NCBI RefSeq assembly: GCF_018977255.1
Contig: NW_024705499.1
Coordinates: forward strand, 1-39,072
DNA length: 39,072 nucleotides
Direction of reading: 5' to 3'
Source of the DNA: Callorhinchus milii
Lineage: Eukaryota
Below, in pieces: positions 1 through 11,725 of the stretch (the first letter of the stretch is position 1; each line of letters begins with the position of its first letter). A program made the position numbers and the translations under genes. The notes under the pieces were generated by a model that saw only the letters and a list, made by a program, of their open reading frames with translations, had not been told where the DNA came from and did no database searches.

Positions 1-561
1 CACACACACACACCCCCTCTCCCCCTCTCCCCGTCGCTCCCTCACACATTCCCCCTCTTACACACCCCCTCTCTCACACCGTTCCCCCCTCTCCCTCTCT
101 CACACTCCCCCTCTCCCTCTGTCCCTCTCTCACACTCCCCCTCTCCCTCTGTCCCTCTCTCACACTCACCCTCTCCCTCCCTCTCACACTCACCCTCTCC
201 CACTGTCCCTCTCTCACACTCCCCCTCTCCCTCCCGCCCTCTCCCTCTGTCCCTCTCTCACCCTCCCCTCTCCCTCCCGCCCTCTCCCTCTGTCCCTCTC
301 TCACACTCCCCCCCCCCCTGTCCCTCTCTCACACTCCCCCTCTCCCTCCCCTCCTCTCCCTCTGTCCCTCTCTCACACTCCCCCTCTCCCTCCCCCCCCA
401 CTCCCTCTGTCCCTCTCTCACACTCCCCCCCCCCCCCTGTCCCTCTCTCACACTCCCCCTCTCCCTCCCCTCCTCTCCCTCTGTCCCTCTCACACTCCCC
501 CTCTCCCTCCCCCCCTCTCCCTCTGTCCCTCTCACACTCCCCCTCTACCCCTCTCACAGAC

Positions 562-1741
562 CTGAAGCCCTTGTCCTCGCACAGGAACGACACCAGTTTA
601 TCCTCCTCGGGCTCCGTCCACTTCAGTTCAACATCGTCCACATTCACGACATCCGGAGTCAGGAAGAGCGAGCGAGCCTGACTGTACGCCCAGTCCCCGG
701 GCACCGTGTATTTCTGTCCAGAAACACAGCACAGTTTACACTCTCAGGAAGGAGGGAGCGAGGCAGAGGAGGGATAGAGGGAGGGAGTGAGGTGGAGGCT
801 GTGGCTTGCGAGGCGAGGGGTCTGACCCCCTGAGCTACAGGGGCTGTGGGGTGTGAGGGGAGGGGTCTGACCCCCTGAGCTACAGGGGCTGTGGGGTGCG
901 AGGCGAGGGGTCTGACCCCTGAGCTACAGGGGCTGTGGGGTGTGAGGGGAGGGGTCTAACCCTGGGGTACAGGGGCTGTGGGGTGTGAGGAGGGGTCTAA
1001 CCCCTGAGCTACAGGGGCTGTGGGGTGTGAGGGGAGGGGTCTAACCCCTGAACTACAGGGGCTGTGGGGTGTGAGGGGAGGGGTCTAACCCCTGAACTAC
1101 AGGGGCTGTGGGGTGTGAGGGGAGGGGTCTAACCCCTGAACTACAGGGGCTGTGGGGTGCGAGGGGGGGGGTCTAACCCCTGAGCTACAGGTCTCTAGGA
1201 ATCAGGGAAATTATTACCACCTAATATTATTAATTATTAATTATGTGGAAAGGGGGAGCGAGGCGATTGCGTGGTAGAGGCAAAGGGGGATGGAGGGAGC
1301 GAGGTGGTGGAGGGGGTAGAGGGGGTAAGACAGTCTCACGTTGCCGTCGATGTGTTTGAGAACCTCCTCGATGCACCGATGTTGGCGGATTAACTCGATC
1401 GCACGTTTCGGCCCAATTCCCCGAATCGTCTCACAGTAATCACAGCCCAGCAAGATACACAGGTCAATAAACTACACAGGGACACAGAGACAGAGAGAGA
1501 GAGAGAGAGAGAGAATAATCACAGCCCAGTGACATACACAGGTCAATAAACTACACAGAGACACAGAGACAGAGAGAGAGAGACACAGAGAGAGAGAGAG
1601 AGAGAGAGAATAATCACAGCCCAGTGACATACACAGGTCAATAAACCTACACAGAGACACAGAGAGAGAGAGAGAGTGAGAGAGAGAGAGAATAATCACA
1701 GCCCAGTGAGATACACAGGTCAATAAACTACACAGGGACAC

Positions 1742-1782
<41 letters not shown>

Positions 1783-1904
1783 TCACAGCCCAGTGAGATA
1801 CACAGGTCAATAAACTACACAGGGACACAGAGACAGAGAGAGAGAGAGAGAGAATAATCACAGCCCAGCGAGATACACAGGTCAATAAACCTACACAGGG
1901 ACAC

Positions 1905-1945
<41 letters not shown>

Positions 1946-2745
1946 TCACAGCCCAGTGAGATACACAGGTCAATAAACTACACAGGGACAGAGAGAGAGA
2001 GAGAGAGAGAGAGAATAATCACAGCCCACAAGATGCACAGGTCAATAAACCTACACAGAGACAGAGAGAGAGAGAATAATCACAGCCCAGTGAGATACAC
2101 AGGTCAATAAACTACACAGAGACACAGAGACAGAGAGAGAGAGAGAGAGAGTAATCACAGCCCAGCGAGATGCACAGGTCAATAAACCTACACGGAGGGA
2201 GACAGAGCGAGAGAGAGAGAGAGGAGAGAGAGAGAGACGAGCACAGAAAGAAAGAGACTGACTTGGAGGAGAGAAGGTGAGAGACACACAGAGAGAGACG
2301 TTTTCGTACCTCCTCTTGACTTAATCCGGTTTCTTGCAAGATTTTATTCAGGTGAAATTCCTGGATCGGAAGCTTCCTGCAACGGAGAGAGCGAGAGGGT
2401 TACTGTGTGTGTAACCCTGACCTGGGAGTGTAGTGACTGTGTGTTACTGTGTGTGTAACCCTGACCCGGGAGTGTGGACGCACAGTGTAGAGGAGCGTTA
2501 CTGTGTGTGTAACCCTGACCTGGGGGTGTAGTGACTGTGTGTTACTGTGTCTGTAACCCTGACCTGGGAGTGTGGACGGACGCACCGTGTAGAGGGAGCG
2601 TTACTCACTTGGCCTCACTGGCTGTCATGCGACGCAGTAAAATTGTTGTTCCAAATGTTAAACCATCCATATCTTCCGTTGCCGTCCCATAAACCTTTCC
2701 TGATTTAACAAGAGCTGCACAACTTGCCTCTGCTTCACAAGGTGC

Positions 2746-2778
<33 letters not shown>

Positions 2779-4974
2779 GGAGGGAGAGAGACTCAGAGAG
2801 CGAAACTGAGAGGGAGAGCCCAAGAGAGAGAGACGCACACACACAGAGTGAGAGAGACTGAGAGAGACACAGACGGAGAGAGAGAGACGCACACACACAC
2901 ACAGAGTGAGAGAGACTGAGATAGAGACAGAGAGAGAGACGCACACACACAGAGAGTGAGAGAGACACAGACAGAGAGAGAGAGAGACGCACACACACAG
3001 AGAGAGAGACACAGACAGAGAGCGAGAGAGACGCACACACACAGAGTGAGAGAGACTGAGAGAGACACAGACAGAGAGAGAGAGAGACGCACACACACAG
3101 AGTGAGAGAGACACAGACAGAGAGAGAGAGAGAGACGCACACACACAGAGTGAGAGAGACACAGACAGAGAGAGAGAGAGAGACGCACACACACAGAGTG
3201 AGAGACACAGAGAGCGAGAGACGCACACACACAGAGTGAGAGACACAGACAGAGCGAGAGACGCACACACACAGAGTGAGAGAGACTGAGAGAGACACAG
3301 ACAGAGCGAGAGAGACGCACACACACACAGAGTGAGAGAGACTGAGAGAGACACAGACAGAGAGAGAGAGAGACGCACACACACACAGAGTGAGAGACAC
3401 ACAGACAGAGAGAGAGAGAGACGCACACACACACAGAGTGAGAGAGACAGAGAGAGAGAGACGCACACACACACACACACACAGACAGAGAGAGAGAGAG
3501 AGAGAGACGCACACGCAGACAGAGAGGGCCCACACACTGACCTCCAGATAAGGAATGCCCATCAATGTCAGCAGTGTTTTACACTCCTCATTGTGCTGTT
3601 TGGTCACTTTGACCAGACGCTTGTTAAACCTCTCGACATTTTCACTGTCGCCTGTGTGAGAGGAACAAGAAAATCAGCCCACACTCCCTTACACGCACAC
3701 TCACTCGCGCACACACTCCCTCACAAACTCACTCACTCGCGCACACACTCCCTCACACACTCACTCAGGCATAGACGCACTAAATCACACACACACACAC
3801 ACACAAACAGACGCGCGCAGATCAAGAGAGAGCTACACGCACATGGACAGAGAGAGACACAAGGATAAGGAGACAGAGACGCGCGCACACAGAGAGAGAG
3901 AGAGAGAGACACACGCAGAGACACGCACGCAGATAGAGACACACACACCGATAGAGACAGACACACACACACACACACACACACAGAGACAGACACACAT
4001 AGAGAGACACACACCGATAGACAGCGACACACACGCACAGGGACATACACACACAGATACAAGACACAGACAGACAGACACACAGACAGACAGACACACA
4101 CACAGATAGAGACAGACGCGGAGACGCAGACCTGCCTCCTGAGCCTGAGCCAGTTGCTTTTCTGCCTCACTGCGCCTTTCGTTTCTCTTGGCGAGCTAAA
4201 AAACACACATAGAGGGTCAGTCTCTCTCTCTCTCTCTGTCTCTGTCTGTCTCTGGGTGTGTGTCTGCGTGAGTGTCTGTCTGTGTGTGTGTGTGTGTGTC
4301 TGTCTGTGTCTGCGTGAGCGTCTGTCTGTGTGTGTGTGTCTGTCTGCGTCTGTGTCTCCGTGAGTATCTGTCTGTGTGTGTCTGCGTGAGTGTGTCTGTG
4401 TGTGTGTGTGTGTGTGTGTCTGTCTGCGTGTGTGTCTGTCTGTGTCTGCGTGAGTGTCTGTGTGTGTGTGTCTGCCTGCGTGAGTGTCTCTCTGTCTGTG
4501 CGTGTGTGTGTCTGTCTGCGTGTGTGTCTGCGTGAGTGTCTGTCTGCGTGTGTCTGCGTGAGTGTGTCTGTGTGTGTGTGTCTGTCTGCGTGTGTGTCTG
4601 TCTGTGTCTGCTTGAGTGTCTGTCTGTGTGTGTGTGTGTGTCTGCCTGCGTGAGTGTCTGTCTGCCTGTGCGTGTGTGTGTGTCTGCCTGTGTGAGTGTC
4701 TGTCTGTCTGTGTGTGTGTCTGTCTGCGTGTGTGTCTGCGTGAGTGTCTGTCTGCGTGTGTCTGCGTGAGTGTGTCTGTGTGTGTGTCTGTCTGCATGTG
4801 TGTCTGTCTGTGTCTGCGTGAGTGTCTGTCTGTCTGTGCGTGTGTGTGTGTCTGCCTGTGTGAGTGTCTGTCTGTCTGTGCGTGTGTGTGTGTCTGCCTG
4901 TGTGAGTGTCTGTCTGTCTGCGTGTCTGTGTGTGTGTGTGTGTCTGCCTGTCTGCGTGTCTGTGTGTCTGTCTG

Positions 4975-5006
<32 letters not shown>

Positions 5007-7162
5007 GAGTAAGGAGACTTGCCCGCTGTTTCACCCGGCTAAAAATCATTCATTTTAACAGTAAAATATTGAAATGAAATGATTTATTAATCGTGGCGTT
5101 TGGCCCAGCACCCGATCGCATCGGCGAGACGCCTCAGGACACACTGCAAAGTGTAGTGACTGTGCATTTTGAGGGCTATCGAGATGATGATGTTCAACAG
5201 ATGTATTTAAACTGAAGTCTAACCTCTCCGGATTTCATATCTGGTGGTTTCCCATCAAACACGTAAACAGGTTTAATCCCACTCTCCACCATCCGTATGG
5301 TCCGGTAAAACATTCCCATTAAATGGCTAAACACCGGGAGAAACAGGTTAGAGGTTGACACACAATCTCGCGCTTTCACACACATACACGCACGCACACA
5401 CACAGCGCTGCTCACACAGACTGACACGCACACGCACACAGCGCTGCTCACACAGACTGACACGCACACGCCACACAGCACTGCTCACACAGACACGCAC
5501 ACACACAGCGCTGCTCACACAGACTGACACTCACACACACACACACAGCGCTGCTCACACAGACTGACACTCACACGCACACGCAGCACTGCTCACACAG
5601 ACTGAGACACACACACACAGCGCTGCTCACACAGACTGACACACACGCACACACAGCGCCTCTCACACACACACACATACGCACGTCTCAGAGACTGACA
5701 ACACCTTGCGCTCACACACACAGACGAAGAGAGACAAGAGAGGGAGACAGAGAGAGAGAGGCAGAGGGGGAGACACACACACACAGACTGAGTGAGACAG
5801 AGAGACAGACAGAGGGGGAGACACACACACACACAGACTGAGTGAGACAGAGAGGGAGAGACAGAGAGGGAGACAGAGAGAGAGAGACAGAGGGGGAGAC
5901 ACACACACACAGACTGAGTGAGACAGAGAGACAGACAGAGGGGGAGACACACACACACACAGACTGAGTGAGACAGAGAGGGAGAGACAGAGGGGGAGAC
6001 ACACACACACAGACTGAGTGAGACAGAGAGAGAGAGAGACACACACACACACAGACTGATTGAGACAGAGAGGGAGACAGAGAGAGAGAGAGAGACAGAG
6101 GGGGAGACACACACACACAGACTGAGTGAGACAGAGAGGGAGACAGAGGGGGAGACACACACACACACAGACTGAGTGAGTGAGACAGAGAGAGAGAGAC
6201 ACACACACACACACAGACTGATGAGACACAGAGAGAGACACAAGAGACAGACACACACACACACACAACGGACCACGCGCACGTCTCAAGAGCTGGACAA
6301 TGCCGCACGCGCGCACGCCTCATCCGTGTGGTGACCGCGTTGCGTGTTGGCTGGCGTGTTACCTGGTCGTTTCCCCACTCTCCGTCTGCAACACCTGCCC
6401 GTCATGTCTGACCGCAATCAGAAACTGATAGATGCTCATGGACGCGTCGATCGCAATCTTACGCCCTGAAAATATTCACGTTTACTGATTATTAAATGTC
6501 CCTTTAGCTCAGGGGGTCAGACCCCTCCCCTCACACCCCACAGCCCCTGTACCCCAGGGGTTAGACCCCTCCTCTCACACCCCACAGCCCCTGTAGCTCA
6601 GGGGTTAGACCCCTCCCCTCACACCCCACAGCCCCTGTACCCCAGGGGTTAGACCCCTCCCCTCACACCCCACAGCCCCTGTAGCTCAGGGGTTAGACCC
6701 CCCCTCACACCCCACAGCCCCTGTACCCCAGGGGTTAGACCCCTCCCCTCACACCCCACAGCCCCTGTAGCTCAGGGGTTAGACCCCTCCCCTCACACCC
6801 CACAGCCCCTGTACCCCAGGGGTCAGACCCCTCCCCTCACACCCCACAGCCCCTGTAGCTCAGGGGTCAGACCCCTCCCCTCACACCCCACAGCCCCTGT
6901 AGCTCAGGGGCTCAGACCCCTCCCCTCACACCCCACAGCCCCTGTAGCTCAGGGGTCAGACCCCTCGCCCCCCCCCACAGCCCCCGTGGCTCGGCCCCCG
7001 ATACCCACGCACAGTCACTACACTCGACGGCGTGTCCCGTGAAGCGCTCTGGGGCGTCGCGGTGCCGCAGTAAGTCTCACCGAAGTAGTTTTTTAGCTCC
7101 TGTTCGCGAATCGCACCCGGAGCGATGTCAGCGATCAACTTCGCTAAACCCTGTATCCCCAT
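562..7162 (-). CDS. FEN1: Flap endonuclease 1, coding exons 1-9; 3' exons lie beyond the left edge
   Basis: Exons 7081-7162, 6363-6465, 5224-5326, 4132-4195, 3542-3651, 2609-2745, 2310-2376, 1340-1471 and 562-713 have GT-AG boundaries and compatible phases. The translation is [12 protein letters not shown]...[20 protein letters not shown]...[10 protein letters not shown]...[12 protein letters not shown]...[11 protein letters not shown]...[24 protein letters not shown], matching the XPG-N, XPG-I and H3TH motifs of FEN1. Confidence 0.97.
803..1190 (-). repeat. 44-bp minisatellite derived from a tRNA-SINE head
   Basis: About 9 copies of ctgtagctcaggggttagacccctcccctcacaccccacagccc (reverse complement) in FEN1 intron 8. 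Confidence 0.85.
1472..2200 (-). repeat. Tandem copies of the FEN1 exon 8 acceptor and exon start
   Basis: Nine units of (CT)n-gtgtag-(g)TTTATTGACCTGTG...GGGCTGTGA upstream of the true exon. Confidence 0.9.
6505..6975 (+). repeat. 44-bp SINE-head minisatellite with alternating variants
   Basis: About 10-11 units, mostly alternating gtacccc and gtagctc, in FEN1 intron 1. Confidence 0.85.
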
Positions 7163-7754
7163 CTCTCCCTCTCTCTCTCTCCGTCTCCTTTCTGTCTCTC
7201 TCTCTCCCTCTCCCTCTCTCCGTCTCCTCTCTCTCTCTCTCCGTCTCCTTCTGTCTCTCTCCCTCTCTATCACTCTCTATCTCACACTCTATCCCTCTCT
7301 CTCACTCACTCTATCCCTCTCTCCCTCACTCTATCCCTCTCTCTGTGTCTATCACTCTCTATCTCACACTCACTCTATCCCTCTCTCTCCCTCTCTATCA
7401 CTCTCTCTCTCTCACTCTATCCCTCTCTCTGTGTCTCTGTCACTCTCTCTCTCACACTCTCTCTCTCTCTCTCACTCTATCCCTCTCTCTGTGTCACTCT
7501 ATCACTCTCTCTCTCACACTCACTCTATCCCTCTCTCTGTGTCTCTCTGTCACTCTCTCTCTCTCTGTGTCTCTCTGTCACTCTCTCTCACACTCACTCT
7601 ATCCCTCTCTCTCTCTCTCTCTATTTCTCTCTCTCACGCTCCACCTCTCTTTTTTTTTCTCGATCTCTTTTTTTTCACACTCTCTCTCTCTCTCTCTCTA
7701 CGTATCTCCTTCTCTCTCTCTCTCTCTCCCTCTATTTCCCTCTCTCTCTATCTC

Positions 7755-8075
7755 TCCGATTTCCCCGCCGTTTCGCTTGGTGGTGGGAGGGGCCGCGCGC
7801 TGCCCGCCGGTCTGCTGGAGGACCGGCCGGGAGGACCTGACGCCGCCGACCAATCAGCGCGGTCGGCCGGCGCGTGACGTCGCAGTCGCCGCCCACTCGG
7901 CGGCGGCGCCAATCAGCCGCGCGTCACAGTCAGTCGCCGCCCACTCGGCGGCGACGTCAATCAGCCGCGCGTCACAGCCAGTCGCCGCCCACTCGGCGGT
8001 GACGTCAATCAGCCGCACGTCACAGTCGCCGCCCACCCCCCCCCACCCCTCGGCGGTGACGTCACAGCCTCCCAC
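7755..8075. promoter_or_regulatory. CpG-rich divergent promoter between FEN1 and CIDEB
   Basis: GC/CpG-rich sequence with CCAAT boxes, TGACGTCA at 8000-8007 and 8057-8064, and a 48-bp unit starting at 7885, 7933 and 7981. Confidence 0.7.
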
Positions 8076-8621
8076 AGCTGATCGATATTTTGGTGATCAA
8101 TACCTTATTGGGGGACTGTGACGATCGATTCCCCCCTTTTAATAATAATGATTCGGTCGCGTCAACCCCCCCCCGCGGCTGTCTGTGGGGAGGTCGCTGG
8201 GGGCGCGGCCGGCTGCCGGCGAAACACACAGTCACTACACTTTACAGTCTCGACGGGTGTCTGTCTGTCTGTCTGTCTATCCGTCTGTCTCTCTCTCTCT
8301 CTCTCTCTATCTCGCTCGCTCGCTCAGGGCATCGCCCTCTCTAAGTAAATCACATCACGGTTCCAGAGTCCAGTGTTTTGTAAGAGTTTACAGAGCTTTC
8401 GACGTTCGCCCCGGACTGCGGTCAACAACAACAACAACAACAAGATTCCATTTATATCTGTCCCGTCGAAAACAGGTCAAATTCCACACCGGACAGACAC
8501 ACGCACACACACACAGCCAGAGGGAGAGACCGAGGCAGAGGCAGGAAACAGAGACGGGGGAAAAGCGGGAGCGAGAGAGAGAGACAGGAATACAGAGGGA
8601 GGGAGACCGAGACACACACAG

Positions 8622-8657
<36 letters not shown>

Positions 8658-8662
8658 GAACC

Positions 8663-9615
8663 ATGGAATTTGCGAAAGATTATTTCTCATCATCTGCATC
8701 ATCGATAATGAGGTACAATTGTCTATAAATTGTCCGTCCTGTGTCTGTGACTAACCCTGACCTGGGGGTGTAGTGACTGTGTGTTACTGTGTCTGTAACC
8801 CTGACCTGGGGGTGTAGTGACTGTGTTACTGTGTGTGTAACCCTGACCCGGGGGTGTAGTGACTGTGTTACTGTGTGTGTAACCCTGACCCTGGGGTGTA
8901 GTGACTGTGTGTGTAACCCTGACCCGGGGGTGTAGTGACTGTGTTACTGTGTGTGTAACCCTGACCCTGGGGTGTAGTGACTGTGTGTGTAACCCTGACC
9001 CGGGGGTGTAGTGACTGTGTTACTGTGTGTGTAACCCTGACCCTGGGGTGTAGTGACTGTGTGTGTAACCCTGACCCTGGGGTGTAGTGACTGTGTTACT
9101 GTGTGTGTAACCCTGACCCGGGAGTGCGGACGGACGCACAGTGTGGAGGAGCTTTACTGTGTATGTGTGTGTCTCTCTCTATAGATCAGTCTCCTCTGTT
9201 GGTTCGGAGATGTCCAGGAGAGTTTGGGCTCTCTCCCTTCCTCAAAGACCGTTCCGTGTGTGTAACCATGACAGAAGTTTGCGGACTGGCGTAATCGCTG
9301 GTAGCTTAAATGAGCTGATTAGTAAGGTTTGTGTCTCTCTCTCTCTGTGTCTCTCTCTGTGTGTGTCTCTCTCTGTGTCTCTCTCTCTCTCTCTGTGTGT
9401 CTCTCTCTGTGTGTGTCTCTCTCTGTGTCTCTCTCTCTGGTTCTCTCTCGCGTCTCTCTCTCTGTGTCTCTCTCTCTCTCTGTGTGTGTCTCTCTCTGTG
9501 TGTGTCTCTCTCTGTGTCTCTCTCTCTGTGTCTCTCTCTGCGTCTCTCTCTCTGTGTCTCTCTCTGTGTCTCTCTCTGTGTCTCTCTCTGCGTCTCTCTC
9601 TCTGTGTCTCCCTCG

Positions 9616-9657
<42 letters not shown>

Positions 9658-11236
9658 CTCTCTCAGGTGTCCGACTCTCTCAATCTCTCTCTCAGTCTCT
9701 TTCTCTCTCACACTCTTCCTGTCACTCTCTCTCAGGTGTCTGACTCACTCTCAGTCTCTCTCTCTCTCTCTCTCAGTCTCTCTCTCTCTCTCTCTCTCTC
9801 TCACACTCTCTCTGTCTCTCTCTCTCTCTCGCTCTCTCTCTCAGGCGTCTGACTCGCTCTCAGTCTCTGCCCCGTTCTGTCTGGCTTTGGATGAAGACGG
9901 GACGATGGTCGACAGTGAAGAGTTTTTCTCTCACCTCGAAGACAACACAACATTTATAATACTGCAGAAAGGCCAGCGATGGACCTTTCCTCAGGTCAGA
10001 AACACACTAAATAATAATTAATAATCATCATAATAATAATTAATAAGCCTTGTATTTGACACAGTCGTCGTCGAGAATACTACTAATAAAATAATAATAA
10101 TCTTCACAGCGATGGAGTTCTCCTCGGGTCAGACACACACAGGGTTTGCCAAACCTCTTACTAATTATTATTAAACCCGTTTACCGCACAATAATAAACA
10201 TTTCTCATCACTGACTTGTTATAAAACGGGTTAATAATCAGGATCATTGCCTGGCGTTCGACCCGGCGCCTGACCGCGTCGTCGAGACGTCTCGGAGCGC
10301 TTCCCGGGACGCACCGTAAAGTGTAGTGACTTGTGTGTTGTGTGGGCCGAACGTGTGAATAATAATAATAATAATAATTGTTTGATGGTAGGAGGGGGCT
10401 GTCTCGCAAACCCTCGGCCGCAGATCGAATCGCAGCAAAGACATCGCGAGGATCACCTTCGACGTTTACAAGTTAAATCCCAAAGATTTGTTCGGTTCCC
10501 TCAACGTCAAAGCCACGTTCTACGGCATTTATTCGATGACGGTCGATATCAAGTGTCTGGGACCGAAGAAGGTGCTGAGGTGAGCGAGAGAGAGAGAGAG
10601 AGAGAGGAGAGAGTGGGGGAACGAGAGAAAGGGAGAGAGAGAGAGATACACACACACAGAGAGAGACTGAGAGAGAGAGTGGCGGAACGAGAGAAAGGGA
10701 GAGAGAGAGATATACACACACACACACACAGAGACTGAGAGAGAGAAACAGAGAGATGGAGGAGAGAGAGAGAGAGAGACTGAAAGAGAGGGAGACAGAG
10801 ACACACACACACACAGAGAAAGAGAAAGACAGAGAGAGACAGAGCGAGTGAGAGATAGAGAGAGAAACGGAGTGTGAGACAGAGACAGAGACACACATAC
10901 ACAGAGAGAGAGATGGAGACACACACACACATACAGAGACACACACACAGTCACACAGACGCACACAGAGGGAGTCGGGTTGGGGGGGAGACAGTAAAGC
11001 TTCGTATTAATGACCTGTGTCTGTCTGTCTGTGTGTGACTGCGTGTGTGTGCGTGTGACTGTGTGTGTGTGTGTGACTGCGTGTGTGTGCGTGTGTGTGT
11101 GTGTGTATGTTTCAGGGAGATGCTGAGGGTGGTATCGGTTGTGATGCAGACCGTGGGATGTGTTTTGCTGTCGACGTCCACCATTATCAGGCGAATTGTG
11201 GAGGGGAACGAACTGAGACATCGCATGGAGGAGTGA
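8663..11236 (+). CDS. CIDEB: Cell death-inducing DFFA-like effector B, 5 exons, 216 aa
   Basis: Exons 8663-8712, 9185-9326, 9845-9994, 10392-10579 and 11116-11236 total 651 nt. They encode CIDE-N motifs (QRPFRVCNH, DEDGTMVDSEEFF) and CIDE-C motifs (KDIARITFDVYK, DLFGSLNVKATFYG, LGPKKVLRE). The stretches SEMSRRVW and RRIVEG, plus the synteny, favour CIDEB over CIDEA/CIDEC. Confidence 0.93.
8752..9160 (+). repeat. 34-44-bp minisatellite (taaccctgacc...gtgtagtgactgtg)
   Basis: Tandem units in CIDEB intron 1. The same family occurs at about 2400-2600 and 37485-37965. Confidence 0.85.
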
Positions 11237-11327
11237 CCAGAACCTTCTCTCTCTCTCCCCACTACCCCATTCCCCTACTCTCTCTCTCTCCTCTAACCCC
11301 ATTCCCCTACTCTCTCTCTCTCCTCTA

Positions 11328-11725
11328 ACAACAACAACAACAACAAGATTCCATTTATAGAGCGCCTTTCACGTCAGGAGGACGTCCCAAGGCGCTGCAC
11401 AGTTGGGTCATGACCCGAGCATTGGGGGGGAATGGTCAGGTGAGGGGAGGGAAGGGAGGGAGCGAGGAGGAGGGGAATGGTCAGGGTGAGGGGAGGGAAG
11501 GGAGGGAGCGAGGAGGGGGGAATGGTCAGGGTGAGGGGAGGGAAGGGAGGGAGCGAGGAGGGGGGAAATGGTCAGGGTGAGGGGAGGGAAGGGAGGGAGC
11601 GAGGAGGGGGGAAATGGTCAGGGTGAGGGGAGGGAAGGGAGGGAGCGAGGAGGAGGAAGAGAGTCGAGAGGGGAGCTGAAGGCACGGTCAAAGAGAAAGG
11701 TTTTGAGACCGGCCTTGAAGGAGGC
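11328..11725 (-). mobile_element. 3' fragment of an L2-clade LINE in the CIDEB 3' UTR
   Basis: The minus strand encodes SFKAGLKTFLFDRAF, which resembles an L2 ORF2 C-terminus. It is followed by an internal tandem repeat and the tail agcgccttgggacgtcctcctgacgtgaaaggcgctctataaatggaatc(ttg)n. Related copies are at about 12446-12815 and 16975-17040. Confidence 0.65.

Noticed and set aside
1472..2200. CRISPR-like regular repeats here and at 31322-32064
   Set aside because: The intervening sequence is variable-length microsatellite rather than unique spacers, the context is eukaryotic introns, and there are no cas genes.
8752..9160. Telomere-like TAACCC/GGGTTAG hexamers in minisatellites, in a window containing TINF2
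   Set aside because: There are only one or two hexamers per unit and no (TTAGGG)n run. Proximity to TINF2 looks coincidental.
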